A stretch of 63,867 nt of DNA from Rhodoluna sp. GTDB lineage: Bacteria; Actinomycetota; Actinomycetes; Actinomycetales; Microbacteriaceae. Positions 38,384 through 49,695 of the stretch are shown here, in pieces. Under the pieces are notes generated by a model that was given only the letters and a program-made list of their open reading frames with translations, did not search any database and was not told the origin of the DNA. Within the stretch, counting starts at the first letter, position 1; every line of letters starts with the position of its first letter. Location: NCBI GenBank assembly GCA_044372535.1, contig JBILRS010000001.1:1-63867 (forward strand). The letters run 5' to 3'. The position numbers and the translations under genes were made by a program.

Positions 38384-39127
38384 TTAATTGTGGCGCAGGT
38401 GCACGATGTCACCGGCACCCACGGCATAGAGCGTGTTCTCACCGGCCACGTTGATTAGCAGGCGTCCGGTGGCATCTATATCTATCGCCTTGCCAACCAC
38501 TTCGTTGTCGCCAGGCATGATTGCTCGCACCTCTTGGCCGATGGTTCCGCAAACCTCGCGCACCTGATCGCGAAGCGAGACCTCGGCATCTCCCCCCGCT
38601 GCCGAGAACTCCTTATAAAGAGAGACGAATTCAGCGAGGTATGCGGTCAGCGCCTCGGGTAAAGTCGCGCCAACACCTTCTAGCGCCAGAGAAGTCGCTT
38701 TCGCGATCGGCAACTCGTCTTGGGTCTGGGTGAGGTTGAGACCCGCGCCGACTATCACTGCGGAGCCATCGACGAGTTCACTCAGCACACCGCTGAGCTT
38801 GCGCTCATTCACCAGGACATCGTTTGGCCACTTCAAGGTCGCCGCGACACCGAGCGACCGAACGGCACGAGTCATTGCCAAGCCGGCGAGCAGTGGCAGC
38901 CAGGTTAGATTCTCGAATTTCGGCCGCAGCAAAATCGAGACTGCGAGCGAGGAGCCCTCTGGCGATGACCATTCGCGACCCGCGCGACCGCGACCTGCCG
39001 TCTGCGACCCAGCAACCAAAACCGTGAGGTCTTCGCCACCCGAAATCGCTAGGTCGGCGTTGGTCGAGCCGGTTTCGGGCACATACTTGAGCGACGAAAC
39101 CAGTGACTCGGCAGACGAAAGATCCAT
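38384..39127 (-). CDS. birA: Biotin-protein ligase (no HTH)
   Basis: [27 protein letters not shown]. Confidence 0.95.
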   Translation of the reverse strand: MDLSSAESLVSSLKYVPETGSTNADLAISGGEDLTVLVAGSQTAGRGRAGREWSSPEGSSLAVSILLRPKFENLTWLPLLAGLAMTRAVRSLGVAATLKWPNDVLVNERKLSGVLSELVDGSAVIVGAGLNLTQTQDELPIAKATSLALEGVGATLPEALTAYLAEFVSLYKEFSAAGGDAEVSLRDQVREVCGTIGQEVRAIMPGDNEVVGKAIDIDATGRLLINVAGENTLYAVGAGDIVHLRHN

Positions 39128-39172
39128 CTGGCTAGTTTAGGTTTCGCCCCGCCCGCGAGTAGGGTGTTATTC

Positions 39173-40771
39173 ATGACTGACGCAAAAAACACGCCAGATT
39201 TGAGCACCACCGCAGGCAAGATTGCCGACCTACAGCACCGCTACCACGAGGCCGTCTACGCCAGTGGTGAGGCAGCGATTGCCAAACAGCACGCGAGAGG
39301 CAAGAAGACAGCCCGCGAGCGCATCGAGCTGCTCCTCGACCCAGGTTCGTTTGTTGAGCTAGACGAGTTCGTTCGCCACCGCTCCACCGCTTTCGGCATG
39401 GACAAAAACCGCCCTTACGGAGACGCTGTCGTAACCGGCGTTGGCACCATCGGTGGCCGCCAGGTTGCCCTGTTCTCTCAAGACTTCACCATCTTCGGTG
39501 GCTCACTCGGTGAAGCTGCCGGAAACAAGATCATCAAGGTCATGGACCTAGCCATCGCGACCGGTGTGCCACTGATCGGAATTCTCGACTCGGGAGGCGC
39601 ACGCATCCAAGAGGGTGTAATCGCTCTCGGTAAGTACGGCGAAATCTTCAAGCGCAACACGATGGCTTCTGGCGTGATCCCGCAGATCTCAATCATCATG
39701 GGCCCTGCCGCAGGTGGAGCCGTTTACTCCCCCGCGCTCACCGACTTCGTGATCATGGTCGACAAGACCTCGAACATGTTCGTCACCGGACCAGACGTCA
39801 TCAAGACCGTCACCGGCGAGGACGTCGGCATGGAGGAGCTCGGTGGCGCACTCGCCCACAACAAGACCTCGGGTGTCGCTCACTACCTAGCGAGTGACGA
39901 AGAGGATGCCCTCGACTACGCTCGCAACCTTCTCAGCTACCTGCCCGAGAACAATCTTTCGGAGACGGTGGTTTACGAGGCCCACGGCGAACTCGAAGTT
40001 ACTGACGAAGACCGACTGCTCGACAAGATCATTCCGGACTCACCAAACCAGCCTTACGACATGCACGTCGTGATCGAGTCGATTGTTGACGACAACGAGT
40101 TCCTCGAAGTTCAGCCGCTCTTCGCGCCGAACATCCTGATTGGATTTGCTCGCGTGGACGGCCGCAGCGTCGGAATCATTGCCAACCAGCCTTCACAGAT
40201 GGCCGGCACTCTGAACATCGACGCCGGTGAAAAGGCGGCTCGCTTCGTGCGGTTCTGCGACGCCTTCTCGATTCCGATTCTGACTCTCGTCGACGTCCCC
40301 GGCTACCTGCCTGGTGCAGACCAGGAGTGGGCTGGCGTGATTCGTCGCGGCGCTAAGTTGCTCTACGCATACGCCGAGGCGACCGTGCCCCTGGTAACCG
40401 TCATCACCCGCAAGGCCTACGGAGGCGCTTACATCGTCATGGGCTCAAAGCAGCTCGGCGGTGACATCAACCTCGCCTGGCCATCGGCTGAGATCGCCGT
40501 CATGGGTGGTCAGGGTGCCGTCAACATCTTGTTCCGCGACAAGATCAAAGAAGCCGAAGAGTCCGGTGCCGATGTGGCTGCGGTTCGCGCCAAGCTCGCG
40601 GCCGAGTACACCTACAACGTGGCTTCGCCGTTCCTCGCTGCCGAGCGCGGCGAACTCGATGGAATCATCGAGCCTTCGGCTACTCGCATTTCGGTAATCA
40701 AGGCCCTGCGCGCACTTCGCACCAAGCGCGCCAGCCTGCCACCGAAGAAGCACGGAAACATTCCGCTGTAA
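39173..40771 (+). CDS. Acyl-CoA carboxylase carboxyltransferase beta subunit (AccD5/PccB-like)
   Basis: [39 protein letters not shown]. Confidence 0.95.
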   Translation: MTDAKNTPDLSTTAGKIADLQHRYHEAVYASGEAAIAKQHARGKKTARERIELLLDPGSFVELDEFVRHRSTAFGMDKNRPYGDAVVTGVGTIGGRQVALFSQDFTIFGGSLGEAAGNKIIKVMDLAIATGVPLIGILDSGGARIQEGVIALGKYGEIFKRNTMASGVIPQISIIMGPAAGGAVYSPALTDFVIMVDKTSNMFVTGPDVIKTVTGEDVGMEELGGALAHNKTSGVAHYLASDEEDALDYARNLLSYLPENNLSETVVYEAHGELEVTDEDRLLDKIIPDSPNQPYDMHVVIESIVDDNEFLEVQPLFAPNILIGFARVDGRSVGIIANQPSQMAGTLNIDAGEKAARFVRFCDAFSIPILTLVDVPGYLPGADQEWAGVIRRGAKLLYAYAEATVPLVTVITRKAYGGAYIVMGSKQLGGDINLAWPSAEIAVMGGQGAVNILFRDKIKEAEESGADVAAVRAKLAAEYTYNVASPFLAAERGELDGIIEPSATRISVIKALRALRTKRASLPPKKHGNIPL

Positions 40772-41010
40772 TGAGTGACGAACTACAAGACCTGATCAGG
40801 GTTGAAGGCGGAAGCCCGACCCCCGAAGAACTTGCGGCCGTGGTGGCCGTGTTGACTGCTGCCGTGGCCGAGGCCAACGAGCAGTCGGCGAAGGCGATCA
40901 GCCAACCGAAATCGAGTTGGAACCGCAGTGACTCTCTGTTGCGCTCCGGACTCACCCCAGGCTTCGGTCAGTGGACCGCGAGCACCCGACCAGGATTGGA
41001 TAAGCAATGA
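40771..41010 (+). CDS. Acyl-CoA carboxylase epsilon subunit
   Basis: GSPTPEELAAVVAVL motif; coupled to the beta subunit stop. Confidence 0.88.
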   Translation: MSDELQDLIRVEGGSPTPEELAAVVAVLTAAVAEANEQSAKAISQPKSSWNRSDSLLRSGLTPGFGQWTASTRPGLDKQ

Positions 41011-42662
41011 CGCGCAAGCCAACAGCCATCGATGAACTTTCAAACGCCTGGGTGGTGAAGCTCGCCGAGTTGAGCCCATCCTTCGCGACCTACGCGGGAT
41101 TCGCCGGTGGCGAAGACAAGCTTGACGACAACTCACCAGCTGCGACCGAGCACTTCTACAACCTACAAAAAGAGCTGCTGGCAAAGCTCGAGGGCATGGA
41201 GCCCACAGACAAGATCGATGAGGTTTCAAAGGCCGCCTTGGCCGCCAGCCTCAAGCTCGGAATCGAATTACACGAATCTGGTCTCTGGAAGCGAGACCTC
41301 GACGTACTCGCCTCGCCCGCGCAGGGCATCCGAGACATCTTCGACCTCTCACCGGTTGCCACCGAGGCCGACTGGGAGAACCTGAACAAGCGCATGCGCG
41401 CAGTTGAAGGGGCAATCGATGGCTACATCGAAACCCTGCGGGTGGGAATCCGGGACAACGAAACCCCGGCCATTCGCCAGATCAACTGGGTGGTCAACGA
41501 CCTTAACAACATCACCGGCGCAGACGGCTTCTTCACCAGGTTCGCGAAGGCCGAAGGTGTTGAACTGCCAGACGCGCTTCGAAGCGAATTGGCTGACGCC
41601 GGTCGAGTGGCAACCGAGGCTTACGCCAAGTTGCAGAACTTCTTGCGCGAGGAGCTAGCCCCGGTTGCCACGACAGAAGACGCGATTGGTCGTGAACGCT
41701 ACATTCTTCTAAGCCAGCGATTCTTGGGCGCAAAGGTTGACCTCGAAGAAACTCTGCAGTGGGGAATCGAAGAGCTCGCCCGCGTCAAAGCCGAGCAGGA
41801 GGCCGTGGCAAACGAAATCAAGCCCGGCGCAACGGTTGCCGAGGCAATCGAGGTTCTCAACAGTGACCCGAGTCGCAAGCTGCACAGCACCGAAGAGCTT
41901 CAGGCGTGGATGCAGCGCTTGAGCGATCAGGCGATCGAAGAACTCGGCAAGACCCACTTTGATATTCCCGAAAAGCTTCGCACCCTCGAGTGCATGATCG
42001 CGCCGACCAACTCCGGCGTGATCTACTACACCGGACCAACCGATGACTTCAGTCGTCCGGGCCGCATGTGGTGGTCGGTTCCGGCTGGCGTGACCGAGTT
42101 CGACACCTGGCGCGAGACCACGACCGTTTACCACGAGGGCGTCCCCGGTCACCACCTTCAGATCGCCACCCAGGTTTACAACCGCGAAGAGCTAAACGAC
42201 TGGCGCCGCATGGCGAACTGGTGCTCGGGTCACGGTGAGGGCTGGGCCCTTTACGCAGAGCGCCTGATGCAGGACCTCGGTTTCTTAGACGACCCAGGCG
42301 ACCGCCTTGGCATGCTCGACGGCCAGCGCATGCGAGCCGCCCGCGTGGTGCTCGACCTCTCGGTTCACCTCGGCAAGCCTCGCCTAGACGGCACCGGCAA
42401 GTGGGACTTCGACTACGCGGTTGCCTTCATGACCGAGAACGTCAACATGTCGGCCGAGTTCATCAACTTCGAAGTGCACCGCTACTTCGGCTGGCCTGGT
42501 CAAGCGCCGAGCTACAAGATCGGCCAGCGCATCTGGGAGCAGATTCGTGACGAAGCGGCAGCAAAGGCCGGAGCGGATTGGGACATCAAGAAGTTCCACC
42601 GCGACGCGTTGAACCTTGGAGCGCTTGGCCTAGACACCCTACGCTCAGCGATTCTCGACTAA
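41007..42662 (+). CDS. DUF885 family protein
   Basis: YHEGVPGHHLQ, EGWALYAE, PGQAPSYKIG motifs. Confidence 0.9.
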   Translation: MTRKPTAIDELSNAWVVKLAELSPSFATYAGFAGGEDKLDDNSPAATEHFYNLQKELLAKLEGMEPTDKIDEVSKAALAASLKLGIELHESGLWKRDLDVLASPAQGIRDIFDLSPVATEADWENLNKRMRAVEGAIDGYIETLRVGIRDNETPAIRQINWVVNDLNNITGADGFFTRFAKAEGVELPDALRSELADAGRVATEAYAKLQNFLREELAPVATTEDAIGRERYILLSQRFLGAKVDLEETLQWGIEELARVKAEQEAVANEIKPGATVAEAIEVLNSDPSRKLHSTEELQAWMQRLSDQAIEELGKTHFDIPEKLRTLECMIAPTNSGVIYYTGPTDDFSRPGRMWWSVPAGVTEFDTWRETTTVYHEGVPGHHLQIATQVYNREELNDWRRMANWCSGHGEGWALYAERLMQDLGFLDDPGDRLGMLDGQRMRAARVVLDLSVHLGKPRLDGTGKWDFDYAVAFMTENVNMSAEFINFEVHRYFGWPGQAPSYKIGQRIWEQIRDEAAAKAGADWDIKKFHRDALNLGALGLDTLRSAILD

Positions 42663-43624
42663 AACTTCCAGTCGATGTTTGGCACTCTGGCGCCTCTTTC
42701 GTAGGCGGTAATACTGACCTGCCAGCGGTTTCCGGCGGTTGCGCGGATAGTCACCTTGCCTGAAAGTTGGTTTGTGACGACGTCCACGACTTTGAGATGA
42801 ATTTCTTCAAGTTCGGCGGGATCAACCTGTGCGAGAACTCCGTCGTCCATCAGGTAGACCTCGACACCCCGAAGGCGCGCAAGCCTAGCGGCCCTGATCA
42901 CCGCCTTAACGACGAGTGCTCCGCCCATGACTTCATCACTCAAGTCGGCCTCTAGCAGCATCGCTTCTCGGCGATCGTCTTCTGAGAGCCTTCCCTTTTG
43001 CGCGATTGTTCGCTGAAGCATTGACTTCACGTTTGGCACTGAGTGGTTGAAAGCCAAGACCTGTGACTCGCGAGTAATTTCTTTGCGCTTGGCCGCTAGC
43101 TTCGCCGCAGCGGCAGTTTGATTGGCCCGCTCGATTGCGCGCTCTGATTGCTGCAAGCCTAGGTTTGCCGCCTGACCGATGATCACCATGACGACAAGTC
43201 CGATCCAGCCGCTGCGAAGAAGGTTTTCGAGGCCTTCCCAGAGAATTATCTCTGCGGTGGCGATGATCACGCCACCCCAAGCGAAGTAAACCTGTTTACG
43301 CAACGCGGTAGCGCCGAGAAGCACACCGAGCCCTCCGATGTACCAGGTGGCATAGGTGCCAATCATTGCCGGCGTTATCTGTTCCTCAATGATTCGCGGA
43401 AGAACTGTTGCAACAAGCAAGTTAATGAGACCCAGCCAGGCTGGGATCTGCAGGCTCTTGAAGGCAAAAATAGTTACGGCTATCGCCCCGAGGTACAGGG
43501 CAACAGAAACTAAACCGAGCAAAGGATTTAGGTAACTCGGGCTCCAGTAAATGCCGAAACCGGCGTACATGAGGCCAAGCGTGAAAGCGATGATGGCCAT
43601 GGGAATTCTTGGCAAACGAATCAC
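42659..43624 (-). CDS. Membrane protein, degenerate sensor-kinase partner
   Basis: About 6 TM plus coiled coil; LLEADLSDE, ARLRGVEVYLMDDG; GTG overlaps upstream stop. Confidence 0.7.
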   Translation of the reverse strand: MIRLPRIPMAIIAFTLGLMYAGFGIYWSPSYLNPLLGLVSVALYLGAIAVTIFAFKSLQIPAWLGLINLLVATVLPRIIEEQITPAMIGTYATWYIGGLGVLLGATALRKQVYFAWGGVIIATAEIILWEGLENLLRSGWIGLVVMVIIGQAANLGLQQSERAIERANQTAAAAKLAAKRKEITRESQVLAFNHSVPNVKSMLQRTIAQKGRLSEDDRREAMLLEADLSDEVMGGALVVKAVIRAARLARLRGVEVYLMDDGVLAQVDPAELEEIHLKVVDVVTNQLSGKVTIRATAGNRWQVSITAYERGARVPNIDWKF

Positions 43625-44805
43625 GCTTCGACCTCCCACTCAAGAATGATTTGGGTGCCGTTTGACGGGCTCGAATCAATTCGAACTTTTCCGCCAACAG
43701 ACTCAACTCGCTTGATGATCACGAAGCGGAAACCCAATGACTGGTCAGGAACCCTGGACGGCCGAAAACCCAACCCGTCATCACTGATCACGAGCTTTAC
43801 CCCACGCTTGCCGCTCTTCAAGTGAATACTTCGAGTCGCCTTAGCCCCAGCGTGCTGAATCGAGTTATTCAACGCCTGAACGGCTGCGTCAGACAGAGCG
43901 CTAGCGACGTCCTTCGGAATGAAGGTGAGACTTGACCCCCTGATGCTCATGCTGCAGTCCGGGTCGATTCTCGCAACCAATCGCTCAAGCGTTTCGAATA
44001 GCGCCATCGTTGACAGCTCTTCAATTCCAGGATTCTCGGCGAGGGCTATCTTCGTGAGGCTGTCTTTGCTAAGTTCAACCACCCTCTCGTAGTCGGCAGC
44101 GCTCTTCGCCTTAGCCGCCGCTTTCAACGCATCGAAGACGCTCGTGTAAAGAATTGAATCGAGCCTCACCTGCTCGCGAATCTGGGTTTCCTTGGTCACC
44201 TGTTCAAGTTCGGTCGCGAGGGCCACGTCTGAGCTGAAATCGGCGCGAATTGCAGCCTGTCTCAAAAGCCAAACCAGGACTACCAAAGTGCCAGGGAAGA
44301 AACTCACATACAGGGCATCCGAAATCAGTGACGGAAGATCCTCTTGCCCGCCGTGGGTTGACGCGTGCAGGACACACCAGCCGATCGGCACCGAAGCCAT
44401 GAAACCAACTGCCCAGATTTTCGGTATGAACATTCCAAAGGCAATCGATGCCGTGCCCGCGGCACTCCAAAGCCAGGGTGTGATTGAGTCGTCGGTCGGA
44501 AACTCTGCGCCGGCCTGTTGCCACCAGGTCAGGTACGCGAACGCGTAGGCAACCCCGTGAATCAGATAACCAATCCCGTTGGCTTTCAGAAACCAAAAGT
44601 TCACGAAGTTATAGACCAGCGCTCCAACTAGAAATGCAATCGCGGGCCACAGCCAAAGCGGGTCTAGATATTTGCTTTGATTGTAGGCGTGAACAACGGT
44701 TTCGCCACCCGTCAGGAGGGCTCCCAGAGTGAACACGCGACCAGTCAGCAAATCGATGCGCCTGAGGGCGATCGTGGAAATTGGGGCTTGTTTGGAACGG
44801 GTCAT
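43621..44805 (-). CDS. Membrane sensor kinase-like protein with HATPase_c domain
   Basis: TMs then QALNNSIQHA (N box), DDGLGF (G1), LG, GT; no His in the expected H-box. Confidence 0.8.
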   Translation of the reverse strand: MTRSKQAPISTIALRRIDLLTGRVFTLGALLTGGETVVHAYNQSKYLDPLWLWPAIAFLVGALVYNFVNFWFLKANGIGYLIHGVAYAFAYLTWWQQAGAEFPTDDSITPWLWSAAGTASIAFGMFIPKIWAVGFMASVPIGWCVLHASTHGGQEDLPSLISDALYVSFFPGTLVVLVWLLRQAAIRADFSSDVALATELEQVTKETQIREQVRLDSILYTSVFDALKAAAKAKSAADYERVVELSKDSLTKIALAENPGIEELSTMALFETLERLVARIDPDCSMSIRGSSLTFIPKDVASALSDAAVQALNNSIQHAGAKATRSIHLKSGKRGVKLVISDDGLGFRPSRVPDQSLGFRFVIIKRVESVGGKVRIDSSPSNGTQIILEWEVEA

Positions 44806-46001
44806 TTTCTGACGAGACTAGCCACGGCCTCAACGTGGTGGGTGTGCGGGAACAGGTCAAATGCTCGAATTCCGGCAAGCTCGTAGCCAGCGGCGATGAA
44901 CTGCTTGAGGTCGCGGGCTAGGGCAACCGGGTCACAGGCGACATAGACGACGTGGCGCGGCTCTAGTTTGAGAATCTGGCCGACCACCTTCGCGCCAGCG
45001 CCCGAGCGAGGAGGGTCGAGGATGATTGTGTCGGCTGCCTTTTCGGTGTTTAGAAAACGCTCGACCGGGGTGCAGATGGCCTGGGCTTTCGGCATGTCAG
45101 CGATGTTGAGTTTGGCGTCTTCGGTGGCCTGCTTGAAGGCTTCGACGGTGGTTACCCGAACGTCCTTGCCGAACTTGCCGGCTAGTGCGCTGGCGAACAG
45201 GCCGACACCGCCGTAGAGGTCAAGGTTGTTTTCTTCCTTGTTGAAACCCGCTTTTTCGATAAAGCCGAGGACGCAACTGGTCAGGACCTCGGGAGCGGCA
45301 CGGTGAACCTGCCAGAACCCACCGCCCGAAATGCGGAATGTGCGCCCGGCGGCACGCTCGATCAAGCGCTCGTCGCCCTTTAGCTTCTTATCGATCTTCC
45401 ACTGCAGCTGCCCGCTGGTCGAAGCGGCAATTTCGATCTTCGAAACGTCCTGCCAGTTCTTGGTGTGAACGCTCAGTTCGACGATTTCTTCGCAGGCCAG
45501 CGGTAGATCCTTGACCCGCACAACCTCGTGGCTGCGCTCCTTATAGGGTCCGGCGAAACCAGCAGCATCGACGTGCAGTTGAACCCGCATACGGTAGCCG
45601 AGACCATTTGCGGCATCGTCGCCCGGTGCAGCCTCAACTTCGACTCGGCGCTTGATGCCGGCCATGCGGTCGAGCGCTTCCTCGAGCACGTCGGCCTTCA
45701 ATTCGCGCTGACGGGAAAGCTTGATGTGGCCGAATTCAGCACCACCGGCGCCGCCGACTCCGGCCGACTTCCAGAAGTGTCTGACGCGGTCGGGTGATGG
45801 CTTGATGATTTCGAAAGGCTCTGCTCGGCAGAACGAACCGCCGCGGTCTTCAAAGACTCGAACCTTAACTACCTCACCGGGCAGGACGTGCGAGACGAAC
45901 AGCACACGACCCTCATGCCGGGCGACGAAGACGCCACCGTGCGCGACCTTCTCAATGGTCGTTTCGATTTCGCGGCCTAGCCAGGATTCACTCTTAGTCA
46001 C
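44802..46001 (-). CDS. TRAM-domain RNA m5U methyltransferase (RlmD/TrmA family)
   Basis: AHGGVFVAR, FWQVH, DLYGGVGLF, LDPPRSG, YVACDP, DLFPHTHHVE. Confidence 0.92.
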   Translation of the reverse strand: MTKSESWLGREIETTIEKVAHGGVFVARHEGRVLFVSHVLPGEVVKVRVFEDRGGSFCRAEPFEIIKPSPDRVRHFWKSAGVGGAGGAEFGHIKLSRQRELKADVLEEALDRMAGIKRRVEVEAAPGDDAANGLGYRMRVQLHVDAAGFAGPYKERSHEVVRVKDLPLACEEIVELSVHTKNWQDVSKIEIAASTSGQLQWKIDKKLKGDERLIERAAGRTFRISGGGFWQVHRAAPEVLTSCVLGFIEKAGFNKEENNLDLYGGVGLFASALAGKFGKDVRVTTVEAFKQATEDAKLNIADMPKAQAICTPVERFLNTEKAADTIILDPPRSGAGAKVVGQILKLEPRHVVYVACDPVALARDLKQFIAAGYELAGIRAFDLFPHTHHVEAVASLVRK

Positions 46002-46026
46002 CCCTCAAGTGTGCCAGACTCGAAGC

Positions 46027-46665
46027 GTGACCGCCCTAGTTCTCGCCTCAACCAGCCCAGCCCGCCTAGTGCTCTTGCGCTCGGGCGGCATCGAACCGAT
46101 CACCATGGCCCCGGGCGTGGACGAAGATGCGGTCGCTCAGAGTGCCAATGAGCTGGGGTTGATTTCATCGGTTGAAGACATGGTCCACATTTTGGCGAAG
46201 GCGAAGGCTGAAGCAGTTGCAGCGCTACCGGAGGCAGCCGGCGCGCTAGTCATCGGTTGCGACTCGGCTCTCGAATTCGCGGGCGAGGCACTTGGCAAGC
46301 CTCACGAACCTCATGTCGCGCTTGACCGCTGGAAGCGCATGCGTGGTCAGAGTGGCACGCTGCACACCGGTCACTGGCTGATTGACAATCGCAACCCAGT
46401 CGCCGGCGAGGCTTCACCCGCCAAGGGGGTCGTGAAGTCGTCCAAGGTTCACTTTGCCAACCTGAGCGATGACGAAATTGAAATGTACGTCGCAACTGGC
46501 GAACCACTCAAGGTGGCGGGCGCATTCACGATTGACGGAATCGGTGGAGCGTTTGTCGAGTCGATCGAGGGAGACTCCCACACCGTGGTTGGGCTTTCGC
46601 TGAGCGCCCTGCGCAAATTGTCGCTCGAACTGGGTGTCGAATATACGAGCCTCTGGAATCTCTAA
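46027..46665 (+). CDS. maf: Maf family nucleotide pyrophosphatase
   Basis: LVLASTSPAR, GCDS, GKP, GEPLKVAGAF; GTG start at 46027. Confidence 0.92.
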   Translation: MTALVLASTSPARLVLLRSGGIEPITMAPGVDEDAVAQSANELGLISSVEDMVHILAKAKAEAVAALPEAAGALVIGCDSALEFAGEALGKPHEPHVALDRWKRMRGQSGTLHTGHWLIDNRNPVAGEASPAKGVVKSSKVHFANLSDDEIEMYVATGEPLKVAGAFTIDGIGGAFVESIEGDSHTVVGLSLSALRKLSLELGVEYTSLWNL

Positions 46666-46695
46666 ACAGGCCTTTTGCCAATAGGCTTAAGCATT

Positions 46696-48462
46696 ATGAC
46701 TTCACGCAAGATCACTAAGGTCCTGATTGCAAACCGCGGCGAAATCGCGGTACGAATCGCCAGAGCAGCCAAAGACTCGGGAATCTCGTCGGTGGCTGTT
46801 TACGCCGACCAAGACCGCGATGCAATGCACGTGAAGCTAGCCGATGAAGCATTTGCGCTGCACGGCACCACCAGCGCCGAAACCTATCTAGTCATCGAAA
46901 AAATCCTGGCAGTCGCCAAGCAGTCGGGCGCTGACGCGGTCCACCCCGGCTATGGCTTCTTGGCAGAAAACGCCGATTTTGCCCGCGCTGTCATCAAAGC
47001 TGGCCTGATCTGGATCGGACCCAGCCCCGAGGCTATCGAACAGCTCGGCGACAAAGTTTCGGCCCGTCACGTAGCCGAAAAAGTCGGCGCCCCACTCGCT
47101 CCCGGAACCTTGAATCCAGTTTCAGGCGCTGAAGAGGTCCTCGACTTCGTCGCCATCCACGGTGTCCCTGTCGCAATCAAAGCCGCCTTCGGCGGAGGTG
47201 GCCGAGGAATCAAGGTTGCCTACAAAACAGAAGAAGTTGCTGAACTATTCGAGTCGGCAACCCGCGAAGCGATTGCGGCCTTCGGTCGCGGTGAATGTTT
47301 CGTTGAGAAATACCTAGAAAAGCCGCGTCACGTAGAGACCCAGTGCCTTGCCGACGCTTACGGCAACGTGGTCGTTGTGTCGACCCGTGACTGCTCGCTT
47401 CAGCGCAGACACCAGAAGCTTGTCGAAGAAGCGCCGGCCCCGTTCCTAACCGACGACCAGGTGAAGCGACTTTACGAGTCATCAAAGGCAATCTTGAAAG
47501 AGGTCGGCTACCAGGGCGCCGGCACCTGCGAGTTCCTTGTCGCTCAAGACGGCACAATCTCGTTCCTCGAGGTGAACACGAGACTTCAGGTTGAGCACCC
47601 GGTTTCTGAAGAAGTCACCGGCCTTGATCTGGTGCGCGAGCAGTTCAGAATCGCCGAGGGAGGCAAGCTCGAATACGGTGACCCTGAGGTGCGCGGTCAC
47701 TCTTTCGAGTTCAGAATCAACGGCGAAGACGCGGGCAGAAACTTCATGCCAGCACCCGGCCCGGTGCACGTGTTCAAAGCGCCGAGCGGCCCGGGTGTCC
47801 GTGTTGACACCGGCGTTGGTGCCGGCGACGTGATCTCGGGGTCATTCGACTCGATGGTCGCAAAACTGATTGTCACCGGCGCTACCCGCGAAGAAGCACT
47901 AGCCAGAAGTCGTCGCGCGTTGGCAGAGATGGAAGTCAACGGTCTACCAACCGTGCTCCCGTTCCACCGCAAAATCGTAAACGACCCCGCCTTCATTGGT
48001 GCCGACGGCAAGTTCGGAATCTACACCCGCTGGATCGAGACCGAGTGGGTCAACGACATCCCAGCTTGGAGCGGCGTTGCCGATCTGCCGACCGAGCCGG
48101 AAGCTCGCAACAACGTTGTTCTTGAAATTGACGGCAAGCGCATCGAGGTGTCGCTACCAAAGCGTCTGGTTGCGGCTGGCGGTTCGAGCGCTCACGCCGG
48201 ACGAGCCCCGAAGCGTAAGGCGCATGCGGCAGCCGGAGGCCCTTCTGGCAACACCGTCAAGGCCGAAATGCAGTCGACAGTGGTCAAGATTGCGGTAGCC
48301 GAGGGCGACACGGTAGCCGAGGGCGACTTGGTGATCGTGCTTGAGGCGATGAAGATGGAACAGCCAATCAAGGCCCACAAGGCGGGCAAGATTGCCAAGA
48401 TCTCTGCCGAAGTCGGTTCCACGATTCCCGCAGGCACGGTTCTGCTCGAGATCGAAGATTGA
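46696..48462 (+). CDS. bccA: Acetyl/propionyl-CoA carboxylase alpha subunit (biotin carboxylase plus BCCP)
   Basis: [39 protein letters not shown] biotin site. Confidence 0.95.
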   Translation: MTSRKITKVLIANRGEIAVRIARAAKDSGISSVAVYADQDRDAMHVKLADEAFALHGTTSAETYLVIEKILAVAKQSGADAVHPGYGFLAENADFARAVIKAGLIWIGPSPEAIEQLGDKVSARHVAEKVGAPLAPGTLNPVSGAEEVLDFVAIHGVPVAIKAAFGGGGRGIKVAYKTEEVAELFESATREAIAAFGRGECFVEKYLEKPRHVETQCLADAYGNVVVVSTRDCSLQRRHQKLVEEAPAPFLTDDQVKRLYESSKAILKEVGYQGAGTCEFLVAQDGTISFLEVNTRLQVEHPVSEEVTGLDLVREQFRIAEGGKLEYGDPEVRGHSFEFRINGEDAGRNFMPAPGPVHVFKAPSGPGVRVDTGVGAGDVISGSFDSMVAKLIVTGATREEALARSRRALAEMEVNGLPTVLPFHRKIVNDPAFIGADGKFGIYTRWIETEWVNDIPAWSGVADLPTEPEARNNVVLEIDGKRIEVSLPKRLVAAGGSSAHAGRAPKRKAHAAAGGPSGNTVKAEMQSTVVKIAVAEGDTVAEGDLVIVLEAMKMEQPIKAHKAGKIAKISAEVGSTIPAGTVLLEIED

Positions 48463-49682
48463 TTCGCGTAGCGTTTTTGCCTCTTTATACAGAGGCCTGG
48501 GATTCGTTTGCCGAGGTTTACGAACGAATGCGCAAAGACGACCGCTTTGAGGTGCGCGTCTTCACAATCAATCGCAAGCTCACCGGCGACCCGGAGTTCC
48601 ACTTTCAGCAAGAGGCCCATGACTACCTGAACTCGATCAAGGTTCAGAACACCATGATCGGTTCGGTCGATGACCTCAAAGCATTTGCCCCCGACTACAC
48701 CTTCATCAACTACCCGTGGCAGCGCAACTACGAGGAGCAGTATCGGGTCGACCAGCTCGTCAAGTTCACGAAGATTGCCTACATTCCATACTTCCTGCTG
48801 CCGATGGTCACCGAACCCTGGGACGTCGGCGTGGCCGGGCACTACTACCGGCAGCGCTCACACCAGCTCGCATCGTTAATTTTTACTCAAGACCGCAACA
48901 CCAAACGCGCCTTCGGTCTGACCGAGCGCGGAAACAAGTACGTGAAGTTCACCGGCTCGCCGAAAATCGACTCGATGATGAAGCGCGCTCGCAAGGCCAA
49001 GCGAGTAATGCGCAGTCGGTACCGAATAGTGTGGGCACCGCACCACTCATACGGGCCGCTGTGGTTGAACTTCGGCACCTTCGCACAAATGCATAACCAG
49101 ATGCTGGACTTCGCCGCGAAGCACAAAGACGTGGACATAGTTTTCAAACCGCACCCTTTTCTTCTCGGCACCATGACCGGGCGCGAGCTGATGAGCCAGC
49201 AAGAACTAGATGACTGGGTGAAAGCCTGGGACGCGCTGCCAAACACCAGCACAAATACCGACAGCGATTACGTAAACGTGTTTGTGAACAGCGACATGCT
49301 GATCTGCGACGGCATCTCTTTCTTGGGCGAGTACCCGCTAATCACCGGTCGCCCGGCCGTGTTTGTCGAGAACAAGGATCACTGGGCGTTCTCTCCACTC
49401 GGCGAGACCATCGCAAAGACCACGGTGCGTTTCAAGAGCTTCGAGGATTTCGCCAACAGCTTCGAGAAGTTGAAGACCGAGGGATTGCCGGATCGATCCC
49501 AGGAAATCGAAAACTTCATGGACGAAGCAATTCCGTTTCCGCGAAAAGCTGCCAGAAAGATCATCAAGGCTGTTGTGAAGGACTTTGCTAAGCAGAAGCC
49601 TCTGTTCGATCCGTCCAAGGTAACCGCGACAACCTGGGAGCAAGAAGCCGAGGCTAGAAAAGCGGCGAACGTCAAGCCTTAA
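48459..49682 (+). CDS. CDP-glycerol glycerophosphotransferase-like (GT-B) protein
   Basis: [38 protein letters not shown] motifs. Confidence 0.7.
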   Translation: MIRVAFLPLYTEAWDSFAEVYERMRKDDRFEVRVFTINRKLTGDPEFHFQQEAHDYLNSIKVQNTMIGSVDDLKAFAPDYTFINYPWQRNYEEQYRVDQLVKFTKIAYIPYFLLPMVTEPWDVGVAGHYYRQRSHQLASLIFTQDRNTKRAFGLTERGNKYVKFTGSPKIDSMMKRARKAKRVMRSRYRIVWAPHHSYGPLWLNFGTFAQMHNQMLDFAAKHKDVDIVFKPHPFLLGTMTGRELMSQQELDDWVKAWDALPNTSTNTDSDYVNVFVNSDMLICDGISFLGEYPLITGRPAVFVENKDHWAFSPLGETIAKTTVRFKSFEDFANSFEKLKTEGLPDRSQEIENFMDEAIPFPRKAARKIIKAVVKDFAKQKPLFDPSKVTATTWEQEAEARKAANVKP

Positions 49683-49695
49683 GTAAACTCGGAAC

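Noticed and set aside
45721-46026. N-terminal extension of Maf in the ORF track
   Set aside because: Antisense to the methyltransferase; Maf homology starts at GTG 46027
48293-48327. 17-bp direct repeat cggtagccgagggcgac x2 in bccA
   Set aside because: Encodes the normal V-x-x-GD-x-V-x-x-GD pattern of biotinyl domains; adds no length relative to the canonical domain
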